Source of the DNA: Octopus sinensis
Lineage: Eukaryota
Assembly (NCBI RefSeq): GCF_006345805.1
Contig: NW_021834359.1
Location: forward strand, 1 to 48,405
Direction of reading: 5' to 3'
DNA length: 48,405 nt
Made by a program: the position numbers and the translations under genes. This document shows positions 37,901-48,351 of the stretch, piece by piece. Under the pieces are notes generated by a model, which saw nothing but the letters and a program-made list of their open reading frames with translations, had not been told where the DNA came from and ran no database searches. The stretch's first letter is position 1. Each line of letters opens with the position of its first letter.

Positions 37901-38122
37901 AAAAAGTACCGCGGTGCCACTACCGCCCATTCTCGGCAGACAGGGGGAAAAATAAATGTTGAACTGTCCGCCAAACATGGTCTTTAGGGCCCGCGGATTG
38001 TGGAGTCTGGTCTCACTTATGGCTATGATTTCTAACTTATGTGACTTTATGTCATTTAAGAGGTACCCTTGTTTCCAAGGGGACCCTAAGCCACGCGCAT
38101 TTACACAACCAATCTTGATCAT
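34907..38122 (-). pseudogene. LINE ORF2 (APE endonuclease + reverse transcriptase + zf-RVT-like), disabled
   Basis: APE motifs CVNARGL, ISETRL, GDWNA, SYLDRIL, TDHKLV. RT motifs KSPGLDG, FRPITLLNADLKILAK, DQSKAFDRVDH, VRQGCPLS, YADD. C-terminal CPRCGQSDETVLHALVQC. Lesions: a frameshift at ~37766, an in-frame TGA at 36332-36330, and a frameshifting junction at ~35592. Confidence 0.93.
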
Positions 38123-38166
38123 AGTCCTAATGAATTAGAATACAAGTGAAAGGAACAGAGGGTTAC

Positions 38167-40170
38167 TTACTGCTCGAAAGTTTTTGCTTTCTCCTCCTTT
38201 GGTTTGTCCTCGAGGAGATCCCAGTACAGTTTCTTTGTGAGATATTTTTGGCATTTACCAACCGCGCTGGGGAAAATGCCTTTGAGTGTGTGGTGCAGAC
38301 TTTTGGAGATGTGTAATATTTTGATGTGGTCTGGTGGTGTTGTGTATGGGTGATTGTTTGTTTTTATGTCATCTTCTGTTATGTTTGTTTTTGATTGGAT
38401 GTATTCCATCAAATTTGTGTTTTTGGTGTCTATAGCTGTGAGCATGTTTGCTGTATATATTTTTGTGGTGTTGGTGTGGCTGTTGTTTGCGTTGGGTTTT
38501 GAAATGTCTTCGTGAGATGTATTTCCCCCTGCTTTGTTCGTGTTTGCATTTGGTTTGGTTGTGTTTCTGCTCTTTATTTTCCTTCTTTTTGTAGCTATTT
38601 GCCATTCCTCACTGGTTTCGTCTTCCGACGAAATTTCTGAGGAATCAGTAGGGGGTAGGGGTATGTTGTGGGCTTCTATGTATGTCTGTGTAAGTGGTTG
38701 TGTTGTTGTTTTCGTTGTTGTTGGTTGTTGAGTGTTTGTGTGTGTTGAGTGCGGTATAAGGGATGGGGGATCAGTTTGTGTGTGTTTTCTTTGTTTTTCT
38801 GTTCCTTTGGGTTTTGCTGTTGTTGGTGGTGTTGGTATTTTTTCAGGTGTTGAGTGGTTTTTGGTTGATGACGGATTAGCTTGGTGTGGTTCTCTTCTCG
38901 TCTTCTGTGTTGATGGTGGTGTGGGTAGTAGAGCTTTTTTTCCGGAGTGCTTTGGTTGTGGTAGTGGTTGTTGTTGTTGCTCTTGGTGTGCAGTGGTTGG
39001 GCACGTCTTTTTCAAGTGTGTTTCGCTTCCACACAAATAGCAGCGTGGTCGCCTGCCCTCTACCACTATATAGAGTTTGTAGCCTCCTGGCAGTTCTATA
39101 GCGGTGGGTATCTTCTCTCTTGCTGCTTCATCCAATTGAAGCAGGAATTCGATTGATTTGCCCACATAGTCTTTCTCTCCTAGAACCGCGATTTCAAGGA
39201 TGTTTGTCTCTGACATTGTCTCTGTCATTTCAAAGCAGATGGCAGAGACCAACCATTGTGTTTCGACTTCAAATGGTATGTTTTTTATTTGGACTTTCGT
39301 GACCCTTTTGTTTAAATAGACTGGTATCATTACCAAGTCGTCCGAATGCAGCTCCAATGTGGAAAAACGTTTTGCTAAACTTTCGTTGAGGAAACGTACT
39401 TGGACTGTACCAAATTTGTTTCCCCAACTGATATATTCCTTGGAGTCCCATGCAGGACGGAGGCATTTTTCGATTTTTTCCTGCGGTGCATTTTCTGTTC
39501 TTCTTGTTTTCTTGTTTATTACTTTATAAATTATTGTTTTTTTTTGTGTGTTTTCCACGATGTGTTGTGGAATGTGAAGGTGCAATTTGTCTCCTTCTTT
39601 GGAGAAGAGTGCCTTTGTGCGGTTTATCTCTTGTGTGGTGAATTTTACAATTGTTCTTTTTTGTTTTGTTACGTCCGCAAAATTCGTTTTGAATTTGGCA
39701 GTAGAAGTGTTAATTGTGGCAGGTGAAGTCATGGTAGTGGTGTTGGTGTTGGCGGTATTAGCAGCAGAAGGCTTAGATGTAGCATTTGACGTCGTAGTAT
39801 TGGTGTTAGTGTTGGCGGTGTTGTCTTTGGTAGGCGGCTTTGTGCCAATTTCGTTGTTGTTGTTGTTGGTGGTGATGGTGGTGGTGCTGGCATTCATGTT
39901 TTCGTTTGTATTCATTTTTGAAATCCCTTTCTCCGTCCCTTTATCATCAACAAGTGGTGTGGGGAGGGAGGGGAAATCTAAGTTAATGTCTTTGGTCGCG
40001 GCGATGGTGAATGCGACGTTAGTTTTGTTGTTGTTGTTGTTCTTAGTGGTGATGGTGGTGACAGCGGTGTTCACGCTGCGATGTTTAGCAGCTAGTGGTA
40101 GCAATAGTGTTTTGCTACCGTTCTGCATGACTGGCGGGCTAGCCACGTGGTTTCTAGTTGCCATTTTCAA
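38167..40170 (-). CDS. LINE ORF1 protein (667 aa), nucleic-acid binding, with CCHC zinc knuckle
   Basis: Uninterrupted ORF directly upstream of ORF2, containing CYLCGSETHLKKTC (CX2CX4HX4C) preceded by the Tx1-like segment VVEGRRPRC. N- and C-terminal regions are T/N/Q/P-rich and low complexity. Confidence 0.85.
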   Translation of the reverse strand: MKMATRNHVASPPVMQNGSKTLLLPLAAKHRSVNTAVTTITTKNNNNNKTNVAFTIAATKDINLDFPSLPTPLVDDKGTEKGISKMNTNENMNASTTTITTNNNNNEIGTKPPTKDNTANTNTNTTTSNATSKPSAANTANTNTTTMTSPATINTSTAKFKTNFADVTKQKRTIVKFTTQEINRTKALFSKEGDKLHLHIPQHIVENTQKKTIIYKVINKKTRRTENAPQEKIEKCLRPAWDSKEYISWGNKFGTVQVRFLNESLAKRFSTLELHSDDLVMIPVYLNKRVTKVQIKNIPFEVETQWLVSAICFEMTETMSETNILEIAVLGEKDYVGKSIEFLLQLDEAAREKIPTAIELPGGYKLYIVVEGRRPRCYLCGSETHLKKTCPTTAHQEQQQQPLPQPKHSGKKALLPTPPSTQKTRREPHQANPSSTKNHSTPEKIPTPPTTAKPKGTEKQRKHTQTDPPSLIPHSTHTNTQQPTTTKTTTQPLTQTYIEAHNIPLPPTDSSEISSEDETSEEWQIATKRRKIKSRNTTKPNANTNKAGGNTSHEDISKPNANNSHTNTTKIYTANMLTAIDTKNTNLMEYIQSKTNITEDDIKTNNHPYTTPPDHIKILHISKSLHHTLKGIFPSAVGKCQKYLTKKLYWDLLEDKPKEEKAKTFEQ

Positions 40171-40737
40171 AGTGAAAAATGGCTAAAAAACCAACGAAGG
40201 TTTTGAAAGTTTCTGGTAATTTCACCCATACAGGGGCGGAATTCTACGTTAATAATTCTCAGGTTTTTTAGTGAATGAACTTGCACAACGATTAAAACAA
40301 AATATTTGACAACAAGGAGTTTTAAACATGTAAAAGTGGCCAACTTACGTGGAGCCGATATGACTAGCGTCCGTCCATTGTGAGCGATAAGATAGATAAA
40401 TAGATAGACAGACAGGTGGAACGCATAGCCAATCTGTGGAGCGTTAAACCCACGATCAGAAGTTCGTCTAACTTGATTCCATATTTAGCTTCAATGGGAC
40501 AATACTGTCAAAGTTAACCATATAGAAAACATATATGCATATATATAAATATATTCTGCATTGTTCCGGGCTTTAATTATATGTATGTGTATATATATAT
40601 AATTAAAGCAAACCAAATCTAAATCTCAAAGGATTATTAGATTCGGTTGGTGATCAAAGAATATTGTTTGTTTGATCTACGATATATTGTTTTTATTCCG
40701 AATAACCTCTTTGAGAAGTTATTTCGAGTAACGAAGT

Positions 40738-40784
<47 letters not shown>

Positions 40785-41159
40785 AATCACATTTAGTTAA
40801 TTTACAGCGCGTTCGTTCACCTTCTCGAGTATTTTATTTTGTATCGATGCAGTATTGATAGTTATCTGATGACCTTATGATGAGTTCAGTCGTACTTTTG
40901 ACAGTATTTTCTTCTTTTCCTTTTTGTTTTCTTTTCTTCGTTTTAGTCACAAATACCTTCCAGCAACGATTTTCCTGCAAGTGTGGTGTGTGAGTTACCA
41001 TTCCGACCAAACGCCTTTCTAAAAGTGTACTGTTTTAGAAGTGACCAGTGGCATAAAAATAACACATACACACGTACTTGCTCATGTATTTTAGATAACG
41101 AGCTAGCTAGCTAGATAAACAGACAGACAAACAGACAGAGAAATAGATTAATAAATGAA

Positions 41160-41375
41160 ACTTTAAAATGAAAATGGATCTCTTCTTGTCAGGTGTCCCA
41201 GATGAACCAACTTCACGGCAGGTGGTGCAGATGATGGCAGCTGCATCGAACTCTCTCATGCACCAGATGACATTTGCTAAAAAGTATTCGTGAAGTAAAA
41301 TCATGTAGCAACACCAAATGGCGGCACCCCAGCATGGCCACAGCTTGTGAGCTGAAACTAAATAAAAAAAATAAT
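41160..41375 (+). mobile_element. 3' end of a CR1/L2-like LINE (ORF2 C-terminus plus 3' UTR)
   Basis: 41162-41293 translates to FKMKMDLFLSGVPDEPTSRQVVQMMAAASNSLMHQMTFAKKYS*, matching the recalled FK..LD.FL..VPDEP...A.SNSL.HQ motif. It is followed by ggcggcaccccagcatggccacagc...tgaaactaaataaaaaaa. Confidence 0.7.
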
Positions 41376-41630
41376 AAAAAATAGATGGAATATCATCTCT
41401 GATTAAGGACACCAATGAAAAAATGTTACTTCATGCAGGTCATGTGATCTCATAGGGGCTCTCCCATTGGCACTTCTGGCTCGTTGTTTATAATTGGTCA
41501 AAATGCTCGCTTATACTTTCTAAGTTCGAATCTCTGAATGATAAACTTTCACGTTCATACTTTCACGGCTGGCTCTGGAGAATTAGTAATATAGATCTAC
41601 TTTCCAATCCGACGAGCGTACGTACAGTCA

Positions 41631-42048
41631 ATATTTATTTCTTTATTGCCCACAAGGGGCTAAACATTGAAGGGACAAACAAGGACAGACAAAGTTATTA
41701 AGTCGATTACATCGACCCCAGTGCGTAACTGGTACTTATTTAATTGACCCCGAAAGGATGAAAGGTAAAGTTGACCTCGGCGGAATTTCAACTCAGAACA
41801 TAAAGACACGGAATACCTATTTCTTTACTACCCACAAGGGGCTAAACACAGAGGGGACAATCAAGGACAGACAAACGGATTAAGTCGATTACATCGACCC
41901 CAGTGCGTAACTGGTACTTATTTAATCGACCCAGAAAGGATGAAAGGTAAAGTCGACCTCGCGGAATTTCAAATCAGAACGTAAAGACAGACGAAATACC
42001 GATAAGCATTTCGCCCGGTGTGCTAACGTTTCTGGCAGCACGCCGCCT
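41631..42048 (-). mobile_element. Two tandem SINE family B copies (one 5'-truncated, one full-length)
   Basis: tatttcttta(t/c)t(g/a)cccacaaggggctaaaca appears at ~41635 and ~41817. The head cgcccggtgtgctaacgtttctggcagcacgccgcc is at ~42012-42047. Confidence 0.88.
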
Positions 42049-42649
42049 TTTCGTCCTCAGTATATTACTGATACATAATCGATGGAAACTAAAGTTGAAT
42101 ACAGAGCTGGAAATGTTAGAGCTTAGAGCATTTTCTCGGACGTTTTGGATATACTATGTCTGCAGACAGAAAAAAATAAAGAAATATAACCAAGAGACGT
42201 CTTTGCGACGTGTGTAACGTATATGACGATAAGTCATTTTGATTAGGGTTACCATCGACTAAACAACGAAGAACAACAACAACAACTACAACAAATAAAA
42301 AAAAATAAGAGCAACAACAATAATTACAGTCTCAACACGGCTTGCTAATGAGTAACTGTACAGTGATACGAATGCCTCATAACTCGCTGTTGTAAAAAGA
42401 AATTCTTGTAATATTTACGGAACTTCCGATGACATATCCGCCATAATTATATGTTTTATATGCTTCCGTTTGCCATTTATGCATTCGGCACCAACAGATT
42501 AGAAAAACAAAAAAAAAAAAAAAAAATTCAAAAGCAAAACAAAAGCCAAGATAATAAAATGCTATAAAACTATACGAAGAATTTCCTTTTCTCTTCCATC
42601 TCAAATGTCCCGCCTATTTGTCTTTACTTATTTATATATCTTGTTTCCC

Positions 42650-42653
42650 TATA

Positions 42654-42685
<32 letters not shown>

Positions 42686-42792
42686 TATTATTATTATTAT
42701 TATTATTATTGTTATTGTTATTGTTATTGTTGTTGTTATTATTATTATTATTGTTATTATTATTATTATTGTTATTGTTATTGTTATTGTTG

Positions 42793-42842
<50 letters not shown>

Positions 42843-42880
42843 GTTATTGTTATTATTATTATTATTTTATTATATTATTA

Positions 42881-42919
<39 letters not shown>

Positions 42920-42935
42920 CATTATTATTATTACT
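42650..42935. repeat. (ATT/GTT)n microsatellite
   Basis: Directly visible. Confidence 0.95.
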
Positions 42936-43334
42936 GCTAAGTTTTGGGTTTCGGTCTAATCTTAGTTTACATTTGGATCTTGTTTCGTATGCATTTTTTT
43001 TAAAATTCTATTTTTCTTTTATTCGTTTTTATTCCAAGAGTAGAATAGACTGGAATTTAGGGGAAAGCTTATCACATTGCAAGGTAAAAAAAAATTATAT
43101 AAAAAGGAATTTTAAATATTCAAAGTGAAAAAGAGATACTACGGTGATAGGAGTGATTTACTTAGACACTAGAGATGACGTTACGTATAACCGAGAATAG
43201 AGTGTGAAAACCTGACTATTGTGGTACGAAGTTTGAAAGCCAAAAGAATGGCGATAGGATAAAAGCATCAGAAAAATAGTTAAACAGAGAATTGTTGTTC
43301 TTTTGTTCTTGATGTTCAAGTCATTGTAGCTAAC

Positions 43335-43914
43335 TTCTTCTTCTTCTTCTTCTTCTTCATCTTCTTCTTCGTCTTCTTCTTCTTCTTCTTCGTCTTCTTC
43401 TTCTTCGTCTTCTTCTTCTTCTTCATCTTCTTCGTCTTCTTCTTCGTCTTCTTCTTCTTCTTCTTCTTTTTCTTCTTCGTCTTCTTCTTCTTCGTCTTCT
43501 TCTTCTTCTTCTTCGTCTTCTTCTTCTTCGTCTTCTCTCTTCTTCTTTTCTTCGTCTTCTTCTTCGTCGTCTTCTCTTTTTTTGTTTTTTTTCTTCTTCT
43601 TCGTCTTCTTCGTCTTCTTCTTCTTCTTCGTCTTCTTCTTCTTCTTCTTCTTCGTCTTCTTCTTCTTCTTCTTCTCTTCGTCTTCTTCGTCTTCTTCTTC
43701 TTCTTCTTCTTCTTTTTCTTAGTCTTCTTCTTCTTCTTCGTCTTCTTCTTCTTCGTCTTCTTCTTCGTCTTCTTCTTCGTCTTCTTCTTCTTCTTCTTCT
43801 TCTTCTTCGTCTTCTTCTTCTTCTTCTTCTTCGTCTTCTTCTTCGTCTTCTTCTTCTTCTTCTTCTTCTTCTTCTCTTCTTCTTCTTCTTCTTCTTCTTC
43901 TTCTTCTTCTTCTT
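43335..43914. repeat. (CTT/CGT)n tract, probably an expanded (GAA)n tail of the adjacent antisense SINE
   Basis: Directly visible and contiguous with the SINE 3' end at 43915. Confidence 0.9.
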
Positions 43915-44340
43915 CCAGTCAGGACTCACGCCATTAGCCACAAAGAATAATCTCTAATTCGAGCCTACTCTAAGCTACTAAGAATGTGTGTGGTAACTTG
44001 AAGATCCACACACCACACGCGATAGACTGGCGGTTGCACGGGCGCGAAAGCTACGTTGTTATCCTCATTCCGTAAACGGTGGCTTTTAAAGAGTGGAAAG
44101 CTTAACCATCCTGGGGTACAGAGGATTAGCAATCTAGACAAGGGTCTGGAAGTTTGCAACACCATAGTGGGTTACACCAGTCAGAGGTAGGAAGAAAAAG
44201 TGAGAGAAAGTTGTAGTGAAAGAGTACAGCGGTGTACCCCCACTCCCACCGCTGGAGCATCGTGGGGTTTAGGTATTTTTGGTCAATAAAATCTGGGAAT
44301 CAAAACCGCTGTCCTAACCACTGGTCCATTGCGCCTCCAC
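43915..44340 (-). mobile_element. SINE family C, tail variant 2, near full-length
   Basis: Head gtggaggcgcaatggaccagtggttaggacagc and body ccacgatgctcc...ctgtactctttc are as at 30958. The 3' half instead matches 14850-15165. Confidence 0.82.
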
Positions 44341-44399
44341 TGTAGCTTTTGCTGACTTTATTGTTATTCAGTTCTATATTTACGCGATGAGGAATTATG

Positions 44400-44530
44400 T
44401 ACGGATATTTGTCTTCATCTTGTTTGTTGTTAACACAACGTTTCGGCTCAAGCTTTCAGCAACTTTAGCATCCAGCTTTCATCAGGTGTCTTGGGGAAAT
44501 TTCGAACCTGGGTTCTCATTCCTAAGGTAT
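44400..44530 (-). mobile_element. PLE-type terminal fragment with hammerhead-like motif (stem II altered)
   Basis: The reverse complement of 44490-44432 is gacac-CTGATGA-aagctggatgctaaagttgctgaaagcttgagcc-GAAACGTT-gtgtt. The flanks match 44737-44870. Confidence 0.75.
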
Positions 44531-44551
44531 TTTTCGATGTTGTTGTTGTTG

Positions 44552-44626
<75 letters not shown>

Positions 44627-44736
44627 TGTCACTGTCTGGAATCTAATTCGGAATCTTGGGGTTTGTAGACCGCGCTCTTAACCACTACGACATATGCCCG
44701 TGGGCATAATAATAGTAATCATAACAACAACGAAAC

Positions 44737-44875
44737 ATACCTTAGGAATGAGAACCCAGGTTCGAAATTTCCCCAAGACACCTGATGAAGGCTGGAGGGT
44801 ATATCAGCCGAAACGTTGTGTTAACAACAAACAAGATGAGGACAAATATCCGTCTAATGTAAATAATGTAAATGA
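44737..44875 (+). mobile_element. PLE-type terminal fragment containing a minimal hammerhead
   Basis: Inverted homolog of 44400-44530 (ccttaggaatgagaacccaggttcgaaatttccccaagacacctgatgaa...gttgtgttaacaacaaacaagatga.gacaaatatccgt). Confidence 0.8.
44777..44822 (+). ncRNA. Minimal type I hammerhead ribozyme motif
   Basis: GACAC 44777-81 / GTGTT 44818-22 (stem I), CTGATGA 44782-88, an extra A at 44789, GGCTG / CAGCC (stem II), GAAA 44810-13, palindromic ACGT helix III and a GUU triplet. Confidence 0.7.
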
Positions 44876-44899
44876 CGTATATATTGTTATTGTTCCTGT

Positions 44900-45164
44900 T
44901 GTTGTTGTTAATGATGATGACGATGACGACGCAAACGGCGTCGACAAAAATGATGATGATGGTGATGATGATGATGATGATGATGATGAGATGATGATGA
45001 TGATGATAATGATGATGATGGTGATGATAGTGGTGGTAGTGGTGGTGGTGGTGGTGGTGGTGGTGGTGGTGCTGATGAATGTGACGATGAAGAGGATGAG
45101 AAGGCAGTGATACCGAGAGTGATATACACAGTAAACATTTTTCTCACTATGTCTAGTACACGTG

Positions 45165-45196
<32 letters not shown>

Positions 45197-45763
45197 TGTA
45201 TGTATGCATGCACGCATGCATGCATGCATGCATGTATGTATGTATGTATGTATGTATGTATGTATGTATGTATGTATGCATGTATGTATATAATCATATG
45301 AAAACTGTTAGTCGCAAAATTTATGTCTTTGATGAACGTTCTGTTCCCTGAGGTAGTGTCTGGTCGGTGGCTGACACAGCACTAACAGTACCAAATCACC
45401 ATTTGAAGCACCATTATTAGAACTACATTCACCAATAGAAATTCCATAACTACCTACATCATCAGCATCAGCATCAACATGAACAAGAACAATAAGAACA
45501 ACATTAACGATAACAAGAGTAATAACATGGATATCTATATTTATACGTCTGTGTAAATGCGTAACTGCGTGGGTGTCTGGTGTGAGTGTATGCGCGTATA
45601 GAGGCCCACATTTTCCTTTCATAGACCCACATGTAAGAACACTTTCACACATACACATATGCCCATTAGTGTTTGTGTGTGTGTGTGTGCGTTTATGTGC
45701 GTGCATGGTGAGGGTGTGGTGTTGATGTGTGGTTAAATGTTAAGGGAAGGAAAACGTTATAGC

Positions 45764-45803
<40 letters not shown>

Positions 45804-46056
45804 ATATATATATAAATAATATTATATATATATATACATATTATATATACAAATACGTGATACAGAAGAATACGTGGAAGATGAGGAAATTAACTGCGTT
45901 TGTATATTATAATGTCGATATAAAATCACAGCGAAAAAGATATAGATTTACAGTCGTATACACAGGCAGAAAGAAAAGATACTATGTTTGATTGATCGAT
46001 TTAGAAACATATATAGAGATAGATATTCTTATAGTATATGTTTATGTTGTATATAT

Positions 46057-46094
<38 letters not shown>

Positions 46095-46537
46095 TTATTT
46101 ATATATACATATATATACATATACATCATGCATACATATTAATATGGGTGTGTGTGTGTGTGTATATGTATACATATGTGTGAGCGTGCATTTATATATG
46201 TTCACCGATATCTATCTGTCAATACACACGCACATATATATATATATACATACGTCATATATACATATATGTGTATATATGTATATATGACGTATGTATA
46301 TTTATATATATGCATATACATATAGCGGTATTTCGCCCGTCGCTACGTTCTAAGTTCAAATTCCGCAGAGGTCGATGAAATCGAATATTCCCTTCCCCCA
46401 AATATTATCAGGCCCTGTGCCTAACTTGGAAACGATATATATACATACATCATACATGCATAAATGTGTATGCGTATATATATAGGGAGAGAGAGAGAGA
46501 GAGATAAACATATACACATATATGCAAATATACACAT

Positions 46538-46582
<45 letters not shown>

Positions 46583-46620
46583 GCCAGATATGTGTGTTTA
46601 TGCACATACGCACACACACA
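44900..46620. repeat. (GAT/GGT)n, (ATGT)n and (TA/CA)n microsatellite tracts
   Basis: Directly visible, interspersed with short unique sequence. Confidence 0.85.
46324..46376 (+). mobile_element. SINE family B fragment
   Basis: gcggtatttcgcccgtcgctacgttctaagttcaaattccgcagaggtcga matches the family B body. Confidence 0.7.
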
Positions 46621-47844
46621 TAAGTATGCATTTATATATGAGAGGGGGATGTTCATAGTTTATTGAACTGTGTGTATACTTAAACTGGATTTCCGCTATG
46701 TTTTGCAATAATCAGCGTAATTCTGAAATACAATATATCTTGATGGGAATCTCTTTGATGTGAAATAAGAATGACAATGGTAAGACTTCCACTTATTTTC
46801 CGTTTACACAATATTACACACAAGACAATGGGTCTAATATAAACTCCGCTATAAGCACATACTTGTCCTAGCTGACGATCACCAACATCAAAGAATGAAG
46901 AACATAATTTCCGTACACATCTTTAAAGCAAACCAATATAGGGATGCATGATAGTAGTTCAAAATTTATGAGCGAGGACACATATGTTTGTAGAATTCTT
47001 CTGAAATATTCCTAAAATTAAAAATAGAAATAATAATTTAATTACATATAAAAAATAATAATAATAAGTAGGTATAAACACATGAACAAATAAACAAAAA
47101 CAAATTACAGGAACGTGTATAAACATGAGATACAGATAATAGAGGCATTTCCCCCCACACCCACACTAATTAAACATAGACACACATAGAGGTATACGCA
47201 TGCGCAAATAAAGACACATACAATAAGAATACAAAATACAAAATGGTTGATCATTAGTAAGGAGAGACACACAAATAAGAAAGAAGAAAGCAAAGGACCA
47301 CTGATGAGGTCACAGAAGTGTGCCGAAAGAACTCTGGCCGAAATAAGATTAAGATTAATGTAAAAAAATAAATAAAGCTGAAGCAAATTAACACCAAATA
47401 TATAGGGCGTGTGTTTTTATTGGCTAAACTGGCAACTTGACCATTACTAAATACAACAATATTCCTAAAGAAATTTAATTTTCAGTAAATTTAATACAAT
47501 TGAAATATTTCTGAATATTGCATAGACATTGGAATAGCAAAAATATTTACAGACCACACACACAAAAGGAATAGTTTTTAAGAAACATTATCGAGAAAAA
47601 ACTTTCGTAAGATTTTGAAAAAATTCTTTGTTATTTTGACATTTCATTAAATGAGAAAAACTTTTTCTAATTTAAGACATGATTTCCTGAAGAATATATA
47701 AAAAGGGATATTTTCCAACCATGAACTGTTTGTAAAGCTTTAGTGAGATTTTTGATAATTTTGGTCTATTCATTCTTTCGTTCTTCAGCCATGAAGGAGC
47801 ACTGCCTTAAAGGATTTTGGTCGAAGAAACCGACACATGTATAT

Positions 47845-48005
47845 ATATACATACGGGGGATTCTTTAGTTTCCGTCTAACAAATCCAGTCGCAAGGCTTT
47901 AGTTATCGGGACTATAGTAGAACACACTCGCCAAGGTGCATGCAGTGGGACTGAACACGGAACCTTGTGTTTGGGATGCAAGCTTCTTACAACACAGCTG
48001 CGCCT
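47845..48005 (-). mobile_element. SINE family A, diverged 5' half
   Basis: ttctttagtttccgtcta...gcagtgggactgaacacggaacc matches 24330-24480. Confidence 0.8.
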
Positions 48006-48229
48006 ATTTAAATATCTTAAAGTCAGATTGATAATATTTTGTGATTTGTAACAAGAAGCACTTATTTCAAACTAAATAGATAAAGAAATTTATAAACAGA
48101 GGTCGCAGATATGGTAATGCTTTTAAGAAACTCGCTTTACAGCCACGTGCATTGAGTTTGAGGACTTCTGCGTGGAACGTTAAGAAAATGTTTGCTTCTA
48201 CAGTTGTGGGCCGACCAAAGTTTTATTAG

Positions 48230-48256
48230 ATTGATAGAAAGATAGATAGATTGATT

Positions 48257-48325
<69 letters not shown>

Positions 48326-48351
48326 GTAGATAGATGGGCAGACAGACAGAC

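Larger units (their letters stand above)
34513..40386 (-). mobile_element. Near full-length Tx1/L1-clade non-LTR retrotransposon
   Basis: It has a ~215-bp 5' UTR, ORF1 (CCHC), ORF2 (APE, RT, C-terminal CPRC..H..C) and a ~390-bp 3' UTR. AATAAA lies at 34525-34520 just before (TATC)n. The 5' flank also has GATA/GACA repeats (40387-40415). End points are approximate. Confidence 0.93.

Noticed and set aside
35227-40186. Plus-strand ORFs overlapping the LINE (e.g. 36994-37446, 39587-40186)
   Set aside because: They are antisense shadows of the LINE ORFs with no independent coding evidence.
40866-40900. ctgatgaccttatgatgagttcagtcg possible hammerhead start
   Set aside because: No GAAA or stem II closure follows.
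47301-47343. CTGATGA-GGTCA...TGGCC-GAAA with a plausible stem II
   Set aside because: No complementary stem I partner (tggtcc) and no helix III/NUH site in either topology. At best it is a dead remnant.
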